This document shows, piece after piece, positions 38,323 through 46,947 of a stretch of DNA of 64,000 bases (positions within the stretch are counted from its first letter, which is position 1; the number at the start of each line of letters is the position of its first letter). The notes below the pieces were generated by a model. The model was not told the DNA's origin and made no database searches. It saw only the letters and a list, made by a program, of their open reading frames with translations. Origin of the DNA: a virus (lineage: Duplodnaviria; Caudoviricetes); the IMG/VR virus record IMGVR_UViG_3300033463_000011, positions 64,001 to 128,000 of that record; one strand, given 5' to 3'. The position numbers and the translations under genes are program-made.

Positions 38323-39240
38323 ATGAAGCAGTATATAAAAACAAGTAAACGATCTGATTTAATCAACGAGAAGAACCAGTGGCGTATGAAATATGACGCC
38401 AGAAGAGTTTTGTATGAATCTCAAACAAAACAATTTAATGACGCTGCAGATGCTTGGGAAGATCGTGTAATTAGAAAAGTATACAACCGATTTTCAGAAT
38501 ACTTTGAGAATATGCCCGGAGTTGAAATATACGTAGATGGCGGATATGATTATGATTCTTTATTTTCCAGAATAATCATTTCAAGATCTTCTTATCAAGG
38601 AGAATCTGGAGTTAACTGGGATTATGATGTATGTATTCATCCTACTAAAGATACAAAAACAATATGTTCTTGGAGTAACGGAAGGGCTAGAACTAGTGCT
38701 GGACATGATGTTCAAGCTGTATTAAACGAATTAGCTTATTCTACTCAGTTATTAAAAGAATTTGCTAATTTAGATTGGAAGCAATTTTTATACGAAGAAT
38801 TACTTTCAATGCCTAAGAAACGCCAATTCATTTCTGTATCTGATCCAGACTATGATCCAGAATATCAAGATCCGGGATATGACAATATGATACTTTATTC
38901 TGAAGTTGATCAAATTATCGGCAAAGACCTGTGGATGTTAACTAATACAGATAGATACTCTAGTGATTACGTTTGGGTAAAAATACTTTCTATAAATAAC
39001 GGAAAGTATAAATTTTACGCAGTTGCTGATCATGCGAATGCAAGTGTAATTTCATTAACTAATATACGTGATACTATAGTAACAAACAACTTAGGATTAG
39101 GCTCAACTACGGAATCCGACTTTAAGAGTCATTATGTTCCGGAACAACCGCTTAACATAGTAACAACAAGCGAATTAATAGAACATTATGAAAATAAGAT
39201 TGAATCTCGGATAGATCAGTTACGTGTACACGAGGAATAA
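38323..39240 (+). CDS. Leader-bearing protein with a C-terminal GKDxW domain
   Basis: MKQYIKTS; IIGKDLW...PLNIVTTSE. Confidence 0.65.
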   Translation: MKQYIKTSKRSDLINEKNQWRMKYDARRVLYESQTKQFNDAADAWEDRVIRKVYNRFSEYFENMPGVEIYVDGGYDYDSLFSRIIISRSSYQGESGVNWDYDVCIHPTKDTKTICSWSNGRARTSAGHDVQAVLNELAYSTQLLKEFANLDWKQFLYEELLSMPKKRQFISVSDPDYDPEYQDPGYDNMILYSEVDQIIGKDLWMLTNTDRYSSDYVWVKILSINNGKYKFYAVADHANASVISLTNIRDTIVTNNLGLGSTTESDFKSHYVPEQPLNIVTTSELIEHYENKIESRIDQLRVHEE

Positions 39241-39248
39241 ATTATAAT

Positions 39249-40100
39249 ATGTATATAAAATTTAGTAAAAAATTAGATTTAATACGAGAAAGAGATCAAT
39301 TCAAGCGCAATTTTGAAGCAAGGCAAGTGCTGTATGATTCTCAAATTAAAAACTACCGAGATGCAGAAGACCTTTGGGAAAGTATCATTGAATCTGAGAT
39401 AGAAAATGAATTTAAAGAATATATAAAAAATTTACCTTATTTGCGTATTTTTGTTAGAGCAATAGGCACCCAAGGTAATAGCATGAAAATAACAATTATA
39501 TATAATAATGAAGCTGATTCTAATTCCCCTAAGTGGAGATATGATGTAGATTTAGCTGCAAATGAAGATGACGAGGGCGTCCACATAGTTACGTCTACTC
39601 CTGCTATGTACTGGGATAGAATAAATTTTGCACAAATTGATATGGCGGAAATCTTACTAAATTCTGCAAAGTTAATCAGAGCTTTTGCAGATTTTGATTG
39701 GCAACGTTTAGTTGATTCCGCACTTGAAACAATTCCTAAGAAGAAAAATTACGTAGGAATAACTGAACCTAAATATGATATAGATTATCAAGATCCGGGA
39801 TATAACAGAAAGATACTTGAAGCACAGATAGAAGAAATCGTTGGAACTGATAACTGGTTAGTTGTAGATAATTACGGAGCTAAAAAATATATCAAAGTAA
39901 TTGATAACATTGGAGATTTTATACAATACAAATGTATATATCCTAACCTTTTAAATACAAGGGAACTAAATGAAGAATTAGAATCTGAACCTAATGCGGA
40001 TTTGAAAGATGATTTCTTTGAAATGTTTAAATTGCTTGAACCGTTAGAGATTATACCAGAAGATGATTTAAGAGATATTGCGAGTAGCTACGACGGGTGA
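39249..40100 (+). CDS. Paralog of 38323 with a degenerate GKDxW domain
   Basis: Shares AR.VLY.SQ and YQDPGY; IVGTDNW...PLEII. Confidence 0.65.
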   Translation: MYIKFSKKLDLIRERDQFKRNFEARQVLYDSQIKNYRDAEDLWESIIESEIENEFKEYIKNLPYLRIFVRAIGTQGNSMKITIIYNNEADSNSPKWRYDVDLAANEDDEGVHIVTSTPAMYWDRINFAQIDMAEILLNSAKLIRAFADFDWQRLVDSALETIPKKKNYVGITEPKYDIDYQDPGYNRKILEAQIEEIVGTDNWLVVDNYGAKKYIKVIDNIGDFIQYKCIYPNLLNTRELNEELESEPNADLKDDFFEMFKLLEPLEIIPEDDLRDIASSYDG

Positions 40101-40399
40101 ATCATATGAATGAATCTTTTTTAACTTATTTTACTAAGAAAACTACAGAAGAATTAAATTCTGTAGTTTTTGAATTGTATGAAACATTATCTAATGAGAT
40201 AAGCGATTTCAACAAATTGAGATACACTATTGTTAAGTTGCTTGTAGATAAGTTTGATTCGAGTAACCTTATATTTAATTATAATATTTGTGTTTCAGAC
40301 AAGTTGGAGAAATCAATCAAACAAACATTAAAATACGCGATTGATACTGAAATGCTTATAATTCATATTTACAGAATATTAGAAGAATGTAAAGGATAA
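40097..40399 (+). CDS. Hypothetical protein
   Basis: ORF. Confidence 0.45.
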   Translation: MNHMNESFLTYFTKKTTEELNSVVFELYETLSNEISDFNKLRYTIVKLLVDKFDSSNLIFNYNICVSDKLEKSIKQTLKYAIDTEMLIIHIYRILEECKG

Positions 40400-40405
40400 T
40401 TAGCT

Positions 40406-42088
40406 ATGAAGGTTTACATCAGTGCAGCAAAAACAATTCAGCAACTCAAAGAACAAGACGCTCCAGATATGGATGAGTCGATCTTTGAAGAGTTAGTTAG
40501 ATTAGATCCTACATCAAAATATGATGAAGGAAAAGGAGGTAAATATACTCCTTGGGTCATTCGTCAATATAAGAAAGGTAATATTGACCTTGATGCAGAA
40601 GGCGAAGATAGTGTTGTAAACAGCTTAGTAGATTCTCTTGGATTATTTACTAAAGATTTCAAACATTTTAGCAAGAGAGATATCAATCAGTATAAAACAG
40701 TTCAAGAATTCTTAGACGAATCTAGACGAGTAGGTAATAGAGAATTAACTCCTAAGGAACTCGAAAAGCTTCATGGCAAACAGGCTCATCTTGCAGGTGA
40801 TAACGACAAGCAGTGTCTTGTAGAAGACGGCGATTGGCAGGTTTGGACACCCAAGACTTATGCAGGTTCAATTGCACTTGCAAGAATGGGTGGAGGTAAA
40901 CAAGCTGAATGGTGTACTGCTTGGACAAGAAGCGATAGCTACTATAGAAGTTACACAGCTAGAGGTCCACTTTACATTTTTATTAATAAGAATAACACTG
41001 GTGAAAAGTATCAGTCACATTTCGGAAACGATGGTAGAATTTCTTGGTTCTACGATATAGACGATCATGAGCGTGGCCAGCAAGCATTTACAGAGTTCTG
41101 TGCTAAGCATCCTAAGATCCAGCAATTCTTTAAACTTGAAAATAAAGATGGAATTCAAACAATGGCAGGTAATGTTATTGGCTATGATCCAAATGCTACT
41201 AAGATTGTTATTCCTGAAGGAGGTAGTCTGCTTTCAGGTAAGAGATTACCTTCTAGCCTCGAAACAGTAGTACTTCCTGATACAATGACATCATTACCTA
41301 GCTCAGTATTTGCAGGATTAGCTTCACTAGTAAATGTTCGTTTGCCTAAATCATTAACAGAAATTCCTTCGGATACATTTAAAAATTGCACTTCATTATC
41401 TCATATTGATATTCCCGATTCTGTTACAGTATATGGCAGTAATGCGTTTTCGGGGTGCACAAGTTTAAAGACAATTAATCACAGTAACAGCTTACAAGAA
41501 GTTAAAGACTATTGTTTCAAAGACTGCACGAGTCTTGAAGATGACTTACCTAATACAGTAACAAAGTTAGGTAAAGACGTATTCGCAGGTGCTGATTTAG
41601 CCGAATTTACAATGCCTGAAAGCTTAATGGAGATTAGCCCTAGTTCATTCGCAGGATGTAATATAAAGCAATTTAACATCAACAATGTCAAGACAATCAA
41701 AGCAAACGCATTTAAAGAATCTGGAGTTAATTCAATTGATTTGCGTAATGTAAATCACATTGGAAGTAATGCCTTCAGAGGATGTAACAAACTCACTACA
41801 TTTGATTTTAACCCTGAAGGAGTATCCATTGGTCCTTATGCTTTTGCAGATAGCAAAGCAAAACCTTCAAAGCCTATAACACTTTATCCTTCTACTACAA
41901 TTGATATTGGTACATTCGATAATTGTCCCAATATGACGATTCAGTGGGAAAAAGATGATGAACCTTATCCGTTCTTCAATATAGGATTACTTATTTGCGA
42001 TGAAAAGAAGTGCCCTGAATTAGTACGAGAGAATAAGGGAACAGTTAGGATACAAACAACTCAAGGTAATGAATATCCTGTAACATAA
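40406..42088 (+). CDS. Leader-bearing protein with a WCTA domain and BspA/TpLRR leucine-rich repeats
   Basis: MKVYISAA; WCTAW...GPLYIF; repeats such as LPKSLTEIPSDTFKNCTSL. Confidence 0.8.
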   Translation: MKVYISAAKTIQQLKEQDAPDMDESIFEELVRLDPTSKYDEGKGGKYTPWVIRQYKKGNIDLDAEGEDSVVNSLVDSLGLFTKDFKHFSKRDINQYKTVQEFLDESRRVGNRELTPKELEKLHGKQAHLAGDNDKQCLVEDGDWQVWTPKTYAGSIALARMGGGKQAEWCTAWTRSDSYYRSYTARGPLYIFINKNNTGEKYQSHFGNDGRISWFYDIDDHERGQQAFTEFCAKHPKIQQFFKLENKDGIQTMAGNVIGYDPNATKIVIPEGGSLLSGKRLPSSLETVVLPDTMTSLPSSVFAGLASLVNVRLPKSLTEIPSDTFKNCTSLSHIDIPDSVTVYGSNAFSGCTSLKTINHSNSLQEVKDYCFKDCTSLEDDLPNTVTKLGKDVFAGADLAEFTMPESLMEISPSSFAGCNIKQFNINNVKTIKANAFKESGVNSIDLRNVNHIGSNAFRGCNKLTTFDFNPEGVSIGPYAFADSKAKPSKPITLYPSTTIDIGTFDNCPNMTIQWEKDDEPYPFFNIGLLICDEKKCPELVRENKGTVRIQTTQGNEYPVT

Positions 42089-42106
42089 ATTTTTGGAGGA
42101 AACTAG

Positions 42107-43387
42107 ATGAAAGTTTATATACGTGCAGCTCTTACAGTTAAGCAGCTTGAAACTCAAAATGGCGTAGGTTTAACAAAGCCTGTTCTTAAGCAAATCATTG
42201 AAATTGATCCTACATCAAACTACGACGAGGGAAAAGGCGGAAAATATTGTCCTTGGCTTATTAAGCAGCATAAGCTTGGCAATCTTACTCCTGACGATTA
42301 TACAAATGTCAAAGATGCTTTAGAGCTGTTCTCTAAAGACTTCAGACATTATCCTAATTCTGATATAAATCAGTATAAGACAGTAGAGCAATTCTTGTCT
42401 GATACTAACGCAGTAGCTAATAGAGAACTCACTGACAGAGAAAAAGAGAAGTTGCATGGTAAGCAAGCACATCAGGCTGGAGACGACGATAAGGAATTTC
42501 TTGTTGCAGATGGTGATTGGGAAGTTTGGACCCCTAAAACCTACACAGGTTCAATTGCTTTAGCAAGAATGGGCGGTGGAGGTCAGGCCGACTGGTGCAC
42601 AGCATGGACACGTAGTGATAATTATTATAAAAGCTACACTGCTAGGGGGCCTTTGTATATTTTCTTAAACAAGGGTAATACAGGAGAAAAGTATCAGCTT
42701 CATTTCCAGTCAGATTCTTGGTATGACGCAAGAGATAGATCTCTTGGAATGGATGCATTTTACGATTTTATCGCAAAATATCCTAAGTTCAAAGAATTCT
42801 TCAAGGTTAAATCAGAGGGTGGCGTACTTTCTAGGGCAGGTTCTATTATCAAGTATGATCCTGAAGCAACAGTTATCGATGTTCCTGCAGGGATGGAAAA
42901 GCTTCCTAACTTTAAATTCCCCGATAAATGTAAAGTAGTAAATCTTCCTGATTCTATTACTGAAATACCTCCTAAATGCTTTGAAAATTGCAAAGTAGAA
43001 ACTGTTACATTTAATAACGTAACTGCTATAAAAGCAGGAGCATTCAGAGGTTCAAGCATCAAGAACATTGACCTTTCTGGTGTAACACATATCGGAAGTA
43101 GTGCATTTAGAGATTGTAAGAAACTGCAATCAATAGATCTTAATCCAGAAGTAGTAATTAATTCATATTCCTTTGCAGGAGATCCAATTGGTGGCACTGT
43201 TGTAGTTGCTCCTACAATGAAACTTTCTATGAGTTCTTTCGAAGATTGTGCTAACCTCACAATAGTTTGGGAGAAGGAAGATGAACCTTACAGCTTCTAT
43301 GGAATTAAAGAATTAGTATTAGATCCTAAAGCTTGTCCAGAGTTATTTGAAATGAATAACGGAGAAGTACCTATTAGAAAGGTATAA
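42107..43387 (+). CDS. Tandem paralog with a WCTA domain and fewer TpLRR repeats
   Basis: MKVYIRAA; DPTS.YDEGKGGKY and WTPKTY.GSIALARMG shared with 40406. Confidence 0.8.
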   Translation: MKVYIRAALTVKQLETQNGVGLTKPVLKQIIEIDPTSNYDEGKGGKYCPWLIKQHKLGNLTPDDYTNVKDALELFSKDFRHYPNSDINQYKTVEQFLSDTNAVANRELTDREKEKLHGKQAHQAGDDDKEFLVADGDWEVWTPKTYTGSIALARMGGGGQADWCTAWTRSDNYYKSYTARGPLYIFLNKGNTGEKYQLHFQSDSWYDARDRSLGMDAFYDFIAKYPKFKEFFKVKSEGGVLSRAGSIIKYDPEATVIDVPAGMEKLPNFKFPDKCKVVNLPDSITEIPPKCFENCKVETVTFNNVTAIKAGAFRGSSIKNIDLSGVTHIGSSAFRDCKKLQSIDLNPEVVINSYSFAGDPIGGTVVVAPTMKLSMSSFEDCANLTIVWEKEDEPYSFYGIKELVLDPKACPELFEMNNGEVPIRKV

Positions 43388-43391
43388 CATA

Positions 43392-43571
43392 ATGCGAATA
43401 GATAACGATTTACCTAATGCTGAATTTGCAGAAGTTGACGACATAATTGATGAAGCTCGGCATAAATTTAATGAAGACTCTCAAATAACTAGATTCATAT
43501 TTGAACAGCTTTCAAATTTAGGTTATCTGCCCGAAGATATAGTTGAAATCTTATCATATGCAGGATATTAA
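43392..43571 (+). CDS. Hypothetical protein (59 aa, not in ORF track)
   Basis: MRIDNDLPNAEFAE...YAGY* fills the intergenic gap. Confidence 0.5.
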   Translation: MRIDNDLPNAEFAEVDDIIDEARHKFNEDSQITRFIFEQLSNLGYLPEDIVEILSYAGY

Positions 43572-43578
43572 TACGGTT

Positions 43579-43899
43579 ATGCGAAATTATAAAAATACTC
43601 TAGACAAATTTGTTGGGCAAGACGTTTGGGTTAAGGTCTACGAAGTAATTAAATATGGAGTAGGTCGAGGTTCAAATGAATATACAATCGAAAGCTGGAT
43701 AAGAATAGTAGAAGCTACAAAAGATATGTATATTGTTAATATATTGAATGATAGAAGAGTAACTCATTCTGGCTTTTATTCTTGCAATGAAGCTGAAAAA
43801 GAAAAGGTATTATCAACTTCGTTTGGGTTTCCTAAATCATATTTTACATTATTTGAACCGCTTGACTGCCTTACTACAGAAGAAATACTGGGAGATTAA
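43579..43899 (+). CDS. GKDxW-family protein (leader not evident)
   Basis: LDKFVGQDVWVKV...WIRIV...PLDCLTTEE. Confidence 0.7.
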   Translation: MRNYKNTLDKFVGQDVWVKVYEVIKYGVGRGSNEYTIESWIRIVEATKDMYIVNILNDRRVTHSGFYSCNEAEKEKVLSTSFGFPKSYFTLFEPLDCLTTEEILGD

Positions 43900-43901
43900 T
43901 C

Positions 43902-44678
43902 ATGAAAATTGAATCTTCAAAATTTAATTTATTCGGAAAAAACAAAGATAACTTTCAAAGAGAAATCAAACAAGCTATCGGAAAGAATATCTGGGTCAAG
44001 GTTGAGTTATTTAAAAATTCTCCTTTAGTTAATATGATGAATGTTAGCAGCATGTTTGGAATACACGGAACATGTTGGGTAAGACTACTAGCAGTTGTAG
44101 ATAACTTTTATATTTGCAATATATGCAAGGCAAGCGAATCTGAAGAAGGCACTGTTGAAGTAACTAAAGAAGAGATAAAGAAAATCCTCACAACTAAATG
44201 TAAAATTAGCGTAGGTACAGTAAGTTTAGTTACTCCTGTTGAAATGTTAACTACTGACGAATTGTTTAATGTTGTTGAGAATCATTCACAACCAGAAGTT
44301 AACGATGCCAATGAGGATGAGTACATTGAAGAAATTGCAGATGATGATGTCCACAACAATTGGCCTAATCGACAATTTTGGGAGAATTGCGAGGACATAG
44401 ATGAGATATGGAACGATTATCTCAATGTGCCTGAAAATATCATAAATCAGGAACTGCAAATATTTCCAGAACCTTCAGTTCAAGGAGGTATGGGCGGAAT
44501 GTTTATTTATGATGAATCTGGCGAACACAGATTTTCAAATATATACGTAGATTATCAAGAATGGTGTGAAGCAGAATTAGAAATGGCAGCAGATTCTACT
44601 TCAGCAGAAGAATACGCAGATAGATATAGAGACTACGTTCTTGAATTAATGGATAACGCAGAAGTTGAAGAAGAGTAA
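43902..44678 (+). CDS. GKDxW domain fused to an acidic C-terminal domain
   Basis: MKIESS; IGKNIWVKV...PVEMLTTDE, then an acidic domain. Confidence 0.7.
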   Translation: MKIESSKFNLFGKNKDNFQREIKQAIGKNIWVKVELFKNSPLVNMMNVSSMFGIHGTCWVRLLAVVDNFYICNICKASESEEGTVEVTKEEIKKILTTKCKISVGTVSLVTPVEMLTTDELFNVVENHSQPEVNDANEDEYIEEIADDDVHNNWPNRQFWENCEDIDEIWNDYLNVPENIINQELQIFPEPSVQGGMGGMFIYDESGEHRFSNIYVDYQEWCEAELEMAADSTSAEEYADRYRDYVLELMDNAEVEEE

Positions 44679-44928
44679 ATGAAAATATACGCATCTAACA
44701 GAAATAACAACATACTTGAACGCATCATAGGAAAAGATGTCTGGATTTTGGTAGATATTCTAGAAGCTGAAACATGGGCAGAAAAGTTTTACAAAAGATA
44801 CTTTATTCAAATAGATGGGAAAGATTCTGAATTTTACAGCCCAGATTACAATCACTCGTGTCAGGAAAGATGATATAAAAGTAATTGAACCAATTGAAAT
44901 ATATACAACTGACGAATTATTTAACTAA
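44679..44928 (+). pseudogene. Frameshifted, internally shortened GKDxW-family gene
   Basis: MKIYAS...IIGKDVW lies in one frame; the family C-terminus VIEPIEIYTTDELFN* lies in another. Confidence 0.7.
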
Positions 44929-44988
44929 TTTTTCTCAATTATAATCTACATAGAGTTCAGTCGTAATTAGATGGAGTTTTATATTTAT

Positions 44989-45396
44989 ATGGATTTTGAT
45001 ACAAATAATCATTCAGTATTCAAATTGCATTATCATCTTATTATGTGTGTGAAATATCGTAATAAGGTTATCACAGATGATATATCTATGCGACTAAGAA
45101 GTATTTTTGAATATATTGCACCAAACTACAATATTGTGTTAGAAGAATGGAACCATGATGTAGATCATGTGCATATACTTTTTAGGGGAGCCCCAAATAC
45201 CGAAATAAGCAAATTCATAAATGCATATAAATCTGCAAGTAGTCGGCTTATCAAGAAAGAATTTCCCCAGATCCGCAAATCCCTTTGGAAAGAAATGTTT
45301 TGGTCACAAAGTTTCTGTCTCATATCAACTGGGGGTGCAACTGTAGATACAATTAAAAAATATATACAATCCCAAGGAAAGAAAGATGGCAAATAA
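44989..45396 (+). CDS. tnpA: IS200-type Y1 transposase
   Basis: YHLIMCVKYR, HUH motif DHVH and catalytic Tyr in KKYIQSQ. Confidence 0.92.
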   Translation: MDFDTNNHSVFKLHYHLIMCVKYRNKVITDDISMRLRSIFEYIAPNYNIVLEEWNHDVDHVHILFRGAPNTEISKFINAYKSASSRLIKKEFPQIRKSLWKEMFWSQSFCLISTGGATVDTIKKYIQSQGKKDGK

Positions 45397-46519
45397 GGCG
45401 ATCAAGTACAGATTATATCCTACCGCAGAACAGGCGGTTATGTTTTCTAAAACTTTCGGTTGTTGTCGTAAGGTCTATAATCTGATGCTTGAAGATAAGA
45501 TTGCATCCTATCAAAATAGTAAGACATTCGGTAAGCAAACCCCTGCTATGTATAAAACTGCTTATCCGTTTCTTAAAGAAGTTGATAGTTTGTCCCTTGC
45601 CAATGTTCAATTAAATCTTCAAGGTGCTATGCGAAACTGCTTTGACAAGAAACGCAAAAAGAAGAATGGTTTTCCTAAATTCAAGTCTGCAAAGCATAGT
45701 CGCAAATCTTATACCACCAATAATCAAAATGGTACTGTTGCAATAATCGACAATAGGTATATTAAACTTCCTAAAATCGGCGAAGTCAAAGCAGTAATTC
45801 ACAAAGATCCGGAACTTGATTGGGTAATTAAGTCTGCTACTATATCACAGGATAGCGATGGAAAGTTTTATGTCTCTGTTCTGTTTGAATTTGACAAAGT
45901 AATTGAGCAAATTCCTGTATCAGATAATGCGATTGGTTTAGACTATGCTTCAGATGGATTATATGTTGATGATAAAGGAAACGTAGGTTCTAACCATAAA
46001 TTCTATAGAGAAAGTCACAAGAAACTTGTGAAAGAGCAGAGAAGGTTATCCAGAAAAGTGGGTTCTAAAAAGAATTCCGCTAAATCTCATAACTATCAAA
46101 AACAGCTTCTTAAAGTAAATAAGATACATAAGCATATCACAAATCAGCGTTTAGACGATCTTCACAAGAAGTCTACTGCGATAGCCAAACAGTATGATGT
46201 CGTTTGTGTTGAAAGCCTGAATATGCAGTCTATGTCAAATAGAGGTTTTGGTAACGGAAAAGCCACTATGGACAATGGATATGGTATGTTCCTCACTATG
46301 CTCGAATACAAACTTGCGGATAGAGGAAAATATTTTGTCAAAGTTGATAAGTGGTTTCCGAGTAGTCAGTTATGCCATTGTTGTGGAACAATCCATAAAG
46401 AGATGAAAAATTTGACTATCCGAACTTTGCAATGTGATTGTGGTATGACAATCAGTCGTGACCAAAATGCGGCTATCAACATCAGAAACGAGGGATTGCG
46501 GATTCTAAGCTCTGCATAA
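45386..46519 (+). CDS. tnpB: TnpB RNA-guided nuclease
   Basis: KYRLYP...FGC helix-turn-helix; RuvC GLD, VESL and RDQNAAINI; Zn finger. Confidence 0.93.
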   Translation: MANKAIKYRLYPTAEQAVMFSKTFGCCRKVYNLMLEDKIASYQNSKTFGKQTPAMYKTAYPFLKEVDSLSLANVQLNLQGAMRNCFDKKRKKKNGFPKFKSAKHSRKSYTTNNQNGTVAIIDNRYIKLPKIGEVKAVIHKDPELDWVIKSATISQDSDGKFYVSVLFEFDKVIEQIPVSDNAIGLDYASDGLYVDDKGNVGSNHKFYRESHKKLVKEQRRLSRKVGSKKNSAKSHNYQKQLLKVNKIHKHITNQRLDDLHKKSTAIAKQYDVVCVESLNMQSMSNRGFGNGKATMDNGYGMFLTMLEYKLADRGKYFVKVDKWFPSSQLCHCCGTIHKEMKNLTIRTLQCDCGMTISRDQNAAINIRNEGLRILSSA

Positions 46520-46678
46520 CTCAAAATATGGTAGGGATGGAGTAGCCCGAACCCAACGCCTGTGGACATTGTGTAAGACGCAGATTATAGCTTTTTATAA
46601 TATGTGCAGTAGTGGTTGAAGCAGGAAGCTCCGACTTCTATAAGTCGGAGTAGTTCACCGTAGTAATATAACCTTATA
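46520..46678 (+). ncRNA. Putative TnpB omegaRNA (scaffold to 46658, guide from 46659)
   Basis: Structured region between the tnpB stop and the GTTCAC end; the 5' boundary is unknown. Confidence 0.55.
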
Positions 46679-46679
46679 T
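46670..46679 (+). promoter_or_regulatory. (A)ACCTT-NN-AT motif, putative late promoter (representative)
   Basis: Also at 10275, 13787, 16967, 19374, 24106, 29321, 34711, 37386, 40265, 49248, 57592, 57689, 57978 and 62532. Confidence 0.65.
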
Positions 46680-46699
46680 TTATGTAGAGGTATTATAAT

Positions 46700-46930
46700 A
46701 TGATAAAATATAAAAACATCTCCGGTCAGACCTTGACTTTTTACAATGTTACATTCAACCCGAATGACATTAAGGAAGTTCCTGGATATATTAATCACTT
46801 AAAAATGATTAGAGTAAAAGATTCAGAAATTCCTAAGCCCAAAGCAACTTTAGAAGTTGTTGAGGAAAAACAAAAAGTCGAAGCACCGGCTAAAAGAACT
46901 TACACAAAAAGAAAAATTAAGCAATCATAA
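46700..46930 (+). CDS. Small virion-operon protein
   Basis: ORF before the sheath gene; upstream AACCTTATAT. Confidence 0.55.
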   Translation: MIKYKNISGQTLTFYNVTFNPNDIKEVPGYINHLKMIRVKDSEIPKPKATLEVVEEKQKVEAPAKRTYTKRKIKQS

Positions 46931-46947
46931 TTAGGAGGAGTCAATAA

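Larger units (their letters stand above)
44930..46658 (+). mobile_element. IS200/IS605-family element (left end approximate)
   Basis: tnpA and tnpB in tandem; right-end hairpin CTCCGACTT/AAGTCGGAG followed by GTTCAC. Confidence 0.88.

Noticed and set aside
42760-43260. 166-aa minus-strand ORF and other short antisense or nested ORFs in the track
   Set aside because: They shadow well-supported plus-strand genes and have no RBS or recognisable motifs.
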